From the NCBI GenBank assembly GCA_964016885.1, contig OZ024755.1, positions 558,001 through 622,000 on the forward strand: a stretch of DNA of 64,000 nucleotides, written 5' to 3'. The position numbers and the translations under genes were made by a program. Below the pieces are notes generated by a model, which saw only the letters and a program-made list of their open reading frames with translations, ran no database searches and was not told where the DNA came from. Shown in pieces: positions 55,401 to 64,000 of this stretch (the first letter of the stretch is position 1; each line of letters begins with the position of its first letter). Source of the DNA: Eledone cirrhosa (Eukaryota).

Positions 55401-56274
55401 CTGACAGTTAATTCCTCCACCTCCTGCCTAAAAAAATGAAATATAAACGTAATTATTTTCACAGCAAGACTAAATATGTTGAGAATATTAATTAGTTATA
55501 AACATTAAACAGTATTTCACATATTGAACTGTTTGGTAAACATGTTATGTATATCATTCTTTTCTATCATATAAAGTTGACAATACTAAACACACAAAAT
55601 ATTTTATCACTGTCAGTTTTATCCTGCTGATTTTAGTCTTCTAAGTTTAGTTATTATCATTGTCCTTAATTCTATAAGCTCTACAAAACTAAATCCTTAA
55701 CACTCACTCTCTCTTTTGATATCAACCAGCTTGAAACTTTGAAACTGCCCCAGGTTCTAATGATACAAAACTGCTCTTTTTTAAAAGTTTATCTTTATAT
55801 TAAAACTTTCCAACACAATTTTATGTAAGAAACTTATGTCATGTAGTGTCCCAAATTTTAGCTTAGTCATGGTTTCTAATTTAAGTACAAGACCAACAAT
55901 TTTAGGGAGAGGGGAAAAGTCAATTAAATCAACCCCCTGTGCATCACTGGTACTTTATTTTGACCCCCTCTAATTATTTTTCAGTAATTTATTTTATATG
56001 TCCTAACAACTATATCAAGTAAGCTTTAAACTATGTGACCTAGTGATTATGGCCAGGGGTTCAATTCTTGAACTGGGTGGTGTATTATGTTTTTCAGCAT
56101 GATACTTCATTTAACCCCTAGCAGAGTAAGTGGAGGGGTGAGGTTAATGACTGCAATGAACTAGCACCCAGTTCAGAGTAGGAATCTTTTTATAGGAGAA
56201 CTATGGCTCCTATCAATGAAACACCCGAGGAACCTCATATGAGATGCAACCTTGTAAGCTGTAACATCATATTT

Positions 56275-56405
56275 TGCCAAGAGTTGTGACTGGTAGATAG
56301 TATGGCAAGACCAATGGAAACATTGTTTCCTTGGTCCAATTCGATGAGCTCCACACTACTCAGTAAGTGTACAAGGTATGGGATCTTGTTGATCAATCAA
56401 TCAAA
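56275..56405 (+). mobile_element. Family P repeat ending in a (TCAA)n tail
   Basis: gagttgtgactggtagatagtat..aagaccaatggaaacattgtttccttggtcc..gatcaatcaatcaa. Confidence 0.7.
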
Positions 56406-56423
56406 CATCATTATCAAACTGAA

Positions 56424-56609
56424 GGGCGGTGGATTGGCAGTATCGGTAGAGGGTCGGACGCCATGCTTTCCAGCATAGTTACGTCCCTTTGCGGTCTGAG
56501 TTCAAATCCCGCCGAGGTTAACTTTGCCTTTCATCCTTACGTGGTCGATAAAATAAAGTACCAGTAATGTACTGGGTAATTGATGGCCTTGTGCCAAAAG
56601 TAGAAAATT
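56424..56609 (+). mobile_element. Young full-length family A SINE
   Basis: A and B boxes present; 15-bp TSD attatcaaactgaag at 56410-56424 and 56610-56624. Confidence 0.92.
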
Positions 56610-57470
56610 ATTATCAAACTGAAGACCTAACAAATAGTTACATTTTAAATGTGATATCTATAAACAGACAAAAGGGGTTTAAAATGTAATATTTATAAAC
56701 AGACAAAAGGGGGTCATTGAAATCCATTTCAAATATTACATTATAGATTTATTATGCATCAATAAATTTCTAGTTGTATCATCATACAAGACTGGTACAC
56801 TGATGAAATGCTAAATTTAGAAGAACCTCCAGTTCTGACTGGGTTACATCAAGGTGACAATCAATAAATTTCTGGGCAATGACCTCACAATAATACACTA
56901 CATACAGCCATCAGATATATTTCAAATGTGCACGACTCAATGCAAATGATTACAATAATACTATTATAAATATTGGTGTAAATTACCCCTGGAGATGAAA
57001 AAACCTAGACAGATGTGCCTGAGAGGAATTAGAAAACTTCGCTGTAACTGACTAAATAAAATAGTTTAATAATGGTTTCTAATTTAGGATCAAGGTCAAC
57101 AATTTGGGGGAGGGGAAAGTCAATTAAATCGACCCTAGTGCATTACTGATACTTTATTTTATCAACTCTCTGTAAGGATGATAAGCAATGGTAAAAGACA
57201 CCCAAGATGCCATGCAGTGAGATTGAATCCAGTAAGTTATGATTGTGAAGCAAACCTCTTAACTATTCACTTGCCTCATGTCTACCTGGAGACGGCAATA
57301 GAGAACATTCCAGGAGAAAATGTCAACATAGATATACTGTGAGGTTAAGAAGTTCACTTGACAACTACATGGTTTCGAGTTTGGTGTGGCACCATCGTTT
57401 AATATAGCCTCGAGCAGACCTTGAGTGAAATTTGATAAACAAAAATTGTGTTAAAGCTGATATTATACAT

Positions 57471-57516
<46 letters not shown>

Positions 57517-58437
57517 ATGAGTGTGAGTGAGTGTTTGCATATGTGTTTGCATGTGTATTCACACTGATACCACAATAAAAAAAATATATATATATCCTAT
57601 TTTGATAACAAAATTTTAAAAAATCCTTAAATAGCCTCATTTTTAATTATAATATCTCCAAACACTTCAGGAGAACCAATATCTTTTTAATTTTCTAATT
57701 GAACTCTTCAATAACAATTTCATTTTGACCATATATTTACAGATATCATCTAGACTGGCACAAATTAAAGTGTTTTGGTTTCATCTTCTCATCAAACAAA
57801 CCCAAATAAAATATTGATTTAGTAATACTGTTTGCACCTCTAGATTCAAATCAATATTTATAGAAAGGAAAGAGAGGAGGGAAAGGGCTCTTCTTACCCC
57901 CACCTCACAACCCCAATCCTACACAGACACAAATTATACAGTCATATTTCCCTTTCAATAAAATTGATATGAACATTTTTTCTCTTCCAAAACTAGTGTA
58001 GGTATTCATTAACCCTTTCATATAAACCTGCCTGAAACATTAAAGTAAAACCTGCAGTTATAATTTTATGTAAAAACTTTTGTTATATTGTTCAAAGATA
58101 TGGAAATATCAACAAACATTGTGTTATATTAAGCTAATCTCTTGGACTTTTACAAAGTGCTGAAGGGGTAAAGTTAATATAAAGAATGAAGTACTCATGT
58201 ACAGAGATTCTATAAAAATATGGTGAAGACCCTTTTTTTTAAGACAAAAAGTTGCTATTGACAGTTATGAGGAACCCCATATCTCCGATATACTGGCTAG
58301 GTACTTTAAACCATTACGTCAACGATCCATGACAACTTTCACTGCCTTTAGATAACTGAATCACAGCTTTCAGATGTCAATTGTATATACAAAGCCAATC
58401 TCTCAGACTTTTACAAACTGCTGAGGGAATAAAGTTA

Positions 58438-58659
58438 ATATAAAGAATGATGTGCTCATGTGTGGAGATGCTATAAAAATAGTTTATAAAATAAGGTGAA
58501 TACCTTTAAGAGATGGAAAAAAAAGTTGCCATTGGAAAATATGGGATTTGTTTCCTCACAGCAGCTGATGGCAACTTCTTTTTCCATCTTTAAAGGTATT
58601 CACCTCATTTTATGAACTATTTTATAGTATCTCTACACACGAGCACTCCATTCTTTATA
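58438..58659. mobile_element. Foldback MITE with ~90-bp inverted arms; a one-armed duplicate lies at ~58140-58275
   Basis: ataaagaatg..gtgctc..ctataaaa..ggtgaatacctttaa..gatggaaaaa..agttgccat is mirrored by atggcaact..tttttccatc..ttaaaggtattcacc..ttttatag..gagcac..cattctttat. Confidence 0.85.
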
Positions 58660-58829
58660 AGGATATATATATATATAGTTATGTTTATTACATAACTAAA
58701 AAGCTGTGTAGCCTACATAGAGCACTCTTTTCCTTTACCTTTCCTATGGAAATACTTCATTCATATATATATATAACTAGAATGGAATGTGCAAGTAAGA
58801 TGTGGTTCCAGAGCAATCTTGTTTCTTCA

Positions 58830-58906
58830 CAGGAACCATGTTGAAAAATATACTTCATTTAGTCATTCCATGAGAGTACCTTGGTCAGCCTATGAATTTT
58901 TCACAC
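58830..58906 (+). mobile_element. Mariner right-end fragment
   Basis: ggaaccatgttgaaaaata..cattccatgagagtaccttggtcagcctatgaattttt, homologous to 17307-17384. Confidence 0.6.
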
Positions 58907-60523
58907 CAATAAACTGTTCAGTCACTTGGTATTTCTCACTGGCAAGAAACCATTTTTACCTTTCAAGGTGCAACTATGGCTGGAAGAAAGTCTGCAGAAA
59001 AGTTATTGTCAAAAGGTGATACAAATATATCCAAAGACCCAGTTTTCAGTGCAAATAATGATTTCTAACTTTGGGATAAAACCCAGAAATGGTTCTGTGT
59101 GAGCAAAGCAAGATGATTGGATAATATCCTTGAGCTCAGCTGGTCTCACTTGGGAATCCAGCTGGATCAATTGCAGACAGTTGCTTCTGAGAGGACTTGC
59201 TGGAAGGAGTGTTTGAGCACTCTACCCATGTCCTTCCCAGGAATAATTGCGTGAAGGAAAAGAAGAAAAAATACTTATAACATCTAGAAAACCCTTTTAG
59301 TATTGGAGTATGAGAATTTTAGAGGTTTAGCATTTTAACCATTTTATTCATGGCCAGTCATCACATTCTCTTGTGAAGGATAGAAAACATCATTAGAAAT
59401 ATTTAAGAATGGAGATCAAGATGCTGACATCATGAATGTGAGTTATCAGCTCTGAAAAAAGGATAAATGGCAAAGTTAACTTTAGCAGGATTTGAACTTA
59501 GAACATAAAAATATTAAGTCTACCACTATACCAATTCTGTCATTAGCTTCCATCAAAACAATAGCAATAATAGAGTAGAAATATGAGAAAAATCTCACAT
59601 TTTTGACATTGAAGCTTTTAGTAATAATTAACCTGTCCAATTTACAACTTATTCACCTGCCCTCTTTTTACCAGGATTACAATTAACTCAAGATTGAGAC
59701 TGTCACCTATTAAACATCAAACAGTTTTAATGTTCATTTTTCCAAGTCATTTTTACAGCTGCTTTTCCATGCCGGTATAGGTTGAACGAGATATTTTGAA
59801 GCAGTATTTCCAATGTCAACCCATATCTTTAAATAGGGTATTTATTCTACTGATATGGTATTTATTCTACCCATCAAACTGCTAAACTACAGAACATTAT
59901 TACTAAGCCAGTGTTTGGAGCATGAAACTTAGGTTTTTAGGTAACTATAAACATTTAAAAATAAAGAGTTTTGTATCATCAAACCAAGGTTTGTTTCATG
60001 TGGTTTGGTATCAACAAAACAATCTTTAAAGATGATTAACATACACATATATACATACACACACAAAGGCAACTACCTTCATTTAGAACTAAAAACTTGC
60101 CAATGAAGGAGTGTTCACGTTATGTAATTGCTTTACCTGATAGAACTAGCAGCCAAACCTCCCACAAATCATATTCAGAGATGATACCAGACTAAAGAAC
60201 TGAACCTGTAAACCAGGCCAGATGTTTTAACTACAAATAGTATTTTCACAATCTTATATCAAAGTTTCTTTTAATGGAAGGTTGGTTTATTTCACCCCCC
60301 CCTCCATATTGTCTTGGCCGGTAGCTGTTGCATTGGCCTCAACTATCTACATATGAATGAAAATTATTTTAAACTATTGTAGAGAATATTATATTGAATA
60401 CATGTACCACTGTACTCTTGATTAATAAAACAGGACTATAAAAGACTGCTTCAAAGTCTCACCCAATCCATGCCAGCATGGAGAAGTAGACGTAATAAAT
60501 GACAATGGTGTATACATACTCAC

Positions 60524-60883
60524 CTTTTGTTATTTTGACATAAGAAGCAATATAATGTGTGGGTTTTTTTAATGTAATTATATATCATACTTCAATACAA
60601 TCTTTAAACATCATTCCAGATGAATCCTCTGTCCTAACATTGATATAATATCCCAGTACCAACTGATTTAGCTGGAACACTGTCTTCAAATTAAATACAT
60701 AGACACTATATATACCAACAATATATCAATTACTTTTATCTTATTCTTAATTAGTGAACAGATCAACACAAACTTAAATCTACCTTTGCTTCTATTGGTG
60801 ATTTCTGAAAATTCTCAATTTGTTTTAAATAATCTTTCAGGAGTAATTTATTAAAAGTACTATATCAGCCATTTCCAGGCTGT
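60524..60883 (-). other. Candidate early exon (360 nt; alternative donor at 60783 gives 100 nt) of the minus-strand transcript
   Basis: Acceptor cttctatttttgtAG| and strong donor caaaag|GTGAGT just downstream of the CpG-rich zone. No frame is open across the exon, so it is UTR-like or non-coding. Confidence 0.5.
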
Positions 60884-61119
60884 CTACAAAAATAGAAGTG
60901 GGGGTGGGTCAGTGAACTTGAATAGAAAGACCTTTCAAAAACTGAGTCCATGAGAAAATGCATTTAAATTAACGGGGTCTTTGGTAGTAAAAAGGTTAGG
61001 AACCACTATTACGTATATATGTGACACAAAAATATCTAATTAACAGATTTTAATTGCTATGTTAATAAGCTCCAACACATGTAGGGTTAAACTGGATATG
61101 TATTCTATATTTATGAGTA

Positions 61120-61539
61120 ATTTAATATGATATAACGATACTAATCGTGATTCCTTGAGAAAAAAATGTTAATAAAAAATATAACGACAATTTTAAAGAC
61201 ATGACTGGTGGCGTCGAAGTTAAGGTCTCGGTTTCAATTCTAGAGTTTAACCATTTCCTTTCATTTACGTCATAATACTTCGGAAAGGCACGAACACCGC
61301 GCAATCGCAATTTAGCTTTTATATACATACATACACACACATTTTATAGTAATTCTACAAGACTAGAACCGTTTCATTCGTAAGAAATCAGTAAAGTACT
61401 CTCAGTTCTAGTCCTGCAGAAGTAGTCATTGCTATAATAAAATAAATATACCTATACACTACTAACATATTGAGTACCTTTTTTTAATGGTGGTCGCCTC
61501 CCAATTTATTTTGGGATCCTACACACATTATATATGTAC

Positions 61540-61579
<40 letters not shown>

Positions 61580-64000
61580 CAGTACTTATGTAAGAAATAT
61601 ATTTTATTTACATTGGGATGGGAATCAAATATGCATAAATATAAAAGAAAATATATTAATGATCGATTAATGACCAATAATTTAAGTACATAGTTACTAA
61701 TGTACTCTGTTTTGGGGCGTGTCTTAGGGGGCACTTATTGCTTCATATATATATTCACCAAGTTAGACTTAGTCATATTGATGGACAATTGGTGAAGAAT
61801 AATTTTTATACAATCAATAGAAATTTGCCAATAATCATCTAAGTCACGAGAAAGTATTTTATTATTATTATTATTATTATTATTTAAACTCTGGATAAAC
61901 AAAAATATTTTATTAGTATAAATCTAGACACCTTGCAATGAAAGGAAAAAGCCAATTTAATTTTTTTTTAAATAAATAATTACACACACACACACACATA
62001 TATATATCTTTTGCATTGCAAATTCATAAAATCTTTATTATATATAAGCAAGCAGATATTAATTGTGCGACACTTGTAGAGTACAAATGGTGTGTTGCGG
62101 TTTAAAAATTAAAATAAATGCCGTTAGTAGAACAGGTGAGTTCTAAATCTATTGTAAATCCCTTTACATTTCATAAAGTAACTCATTAGATCGGATTACT
62201 AGAAAACACCTGGTGAAGAAAACGAAATCACACAGAAATGAAGACGAGCTAAAATTAGTTTAGTCATTGTCTATCAAAATCAAGATTTTAGTATATGCTA
62301 CTATGAAATATAAGGATGGGCGAGAAAAACTATCGTTTAATAAAAAATGATAATACTGAATTGATATACGTAAGTAGAAATGCAATCTATAAAAAGAATT
62401 TAATTCATCGTACGTATCAATCTAGAAATACATAATACATTAGATAGACTATGTTCAATCGAATATAGAAAAAGGGAAAAAAAAAAACCTGTCGAGATAA
62501 TATTACGACGGTTAAAAATCGAAGAAAGTGACATCGATCACCGGTTGGAATGAAAAAGTAGGTGTCGTACGACTGTACAGGTAGGTATGACGTCGGTATA
62601 GTATTCAAGGTTGGAGGTGGAATATAGCAAGTAGTTAGCGGTTTATTTGACAGACTGCGCTTTAAGTCATTATATAGGAAAACATAAAAAAACTATGGCT
62701 TCGTCGAAATACCATGTTCAACACTGTTTTATTATTATTTATTCTAGGCATGTAGATGAAATAGATCCTCTGAAGCATAAGGTGGGGGAAATATCCACGT
62801 GCGAGTAGCACAATTCACAAAAGAGAGTGATTTATGTGTGTGGTGAAACAAGCTGCGCGCGTATATCGATATAGCACGCATTTGCTTTCTTAATGACACA
62901 CGCAAACGATCGACTCTTCGTAACTGGTTCAGTACCAGTTAATAGCAAGAATCAATAATAATGTATAAATATAAATAAAATAAAGAGATATGGGAGAAAT
63001 TATACAACATATTTTCTTATGAGCCTCGAAGGATTTATAAATATTTCTTCTGTAATTTATTTCTTAATAACACCAGATAGCAACAGGTGAATGACCGCAT
63101 TCAACAGATTAAAATTAATTGAGATTAAATTTTGAAAGACGTCAAATTCATATTAAAAGAAGAAGCTCGTCAAACTAGGTTGAGTTTAGAAGTTTTATTG
63201 ATTACAGAACAAAAAAAAGAAAGAACAATAGGTAAAATTTACGACTGTTTAAATCTACCTGTATAACGAGAGTGGTGGTACACTCCAGACGAAAGAATAA
63301 CAAGCGGGCTTCATTGAAGAAAATAGCATACGTTGGAATTATTTACTGCACTGAAGATATTTAATACTATTAATAATATTGCTGTGGTCTAAACGAGTCT
63401 TATTTTAATATATTTCTATAAAGTATCATTATAAATCATTTCGTAACACTAATATTGCAGTAAAGAGAACTTACAATAAATTATACATATTTATTATTTG
63501 ATCATTTAGATGAGTGTGAAGAAATATAAATACATCGTTGTATCAGAGTATTCATAGACTGGTGTTAAAAATTGCAAGACGTAAATAGAATTTATAAAAG
63601 GGGGTGGAACCTGTCATAGTACATAGACACATTATGTTGGACATCTGTCGGAGGGAGACAGTAACAACCATAAAAATAACGAGTCGCAGAATGCAACAAA
63701 TGGCAAGTACTTGCTATCAAACAACGACTAGGAATGCGTTCAATATTTCCATAAAATACCTAGAGGGTGGGGTAATTTTATCTGTTGTCAGAGAAAGACA
63801 AGAGTAGCTTTCGGAATGTACATAGTAGTCGATATATAACATAGTAGTGAAGCTACTGATAGGCCTTCTAGGGTAAAGAAGAAAAAGAAGTTGACAGTGC
63901 AATAAATCGATATATAGAGTTCAGAGAGTAACATTTCGAAACGTTCACGGTGATAGAAATTTAGTGCGATATATATTTATGTATATATATTAAAACAGTT
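61120..64000. promoter_or_regulatory. CpG-richer, putatively unmethylated promoter region
   Basis: CG dinucleotides are visibly more frequent than in the preceding 61 kb, and SINEs are scarce. CRE-like TGACGTAA (- strand, 61266-61273) and TATCGATA (62864-62871) are present. Confidence 0.45.
62070..62135 (+). other. Possible first exon of a divergent + strand gene
   Basis: Perfect donor CAG|GTGAGT at 62135/62136, with ATG at 62118 (MPLVEQ). No downstream exon was found in the window. Confidence 0.2.

Noticed and set aside
60524-60883. Selenoprotein or stop-recoded ORF (several in-frame TGA codons)
   Set aside because: The same frame also contains TAA stops, and no SECIS or homology was seen.

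Overview
This is eukaryotic, AT-rich, repeat-dense animal DNA. The tRNA-derived SINE types, RTE-LINE 3' fragments and microsatellite load suggest a coleoid cephalopod, most likely an octopus (inference from repeat style, not a database match). No recognisable protein-coding gene, rRNA, functional tRNA or CRISPR array is present. All long ORFs in the track are translations of simple or tandem repeats. Positions 1 to ~61,100 look CpG-depleted and A-rich on the + strand, while ~61,100-64,000 is visibly CpG-richer. This fits the methylated body of a long-intron minus-strand transcript whose promoter lies near 61.2 kb. Several short segments have canonical minus-strand splice signals (60524-60883, 34671-34743, 5664-5744, 2892-2936, 91-218), but their translations match no protein I recognise, so a lncRNA or 5' UTR/micropeptide exons are likely. 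The introns hold young SINEs with target-site duplications, DNA-transposon MITEs, an ~885-bp pure (GT)n tract, a G-rich minisatellite and a layered 6.75-kb satellite. I cannot support a clearly new biological system. The best leads are a candidate recursive splice site at 13819/13820, inverted repeats that could be ADAR substrates, and a repeat family with an invariant palindromic core resembling a DMRT/Doublesex site.
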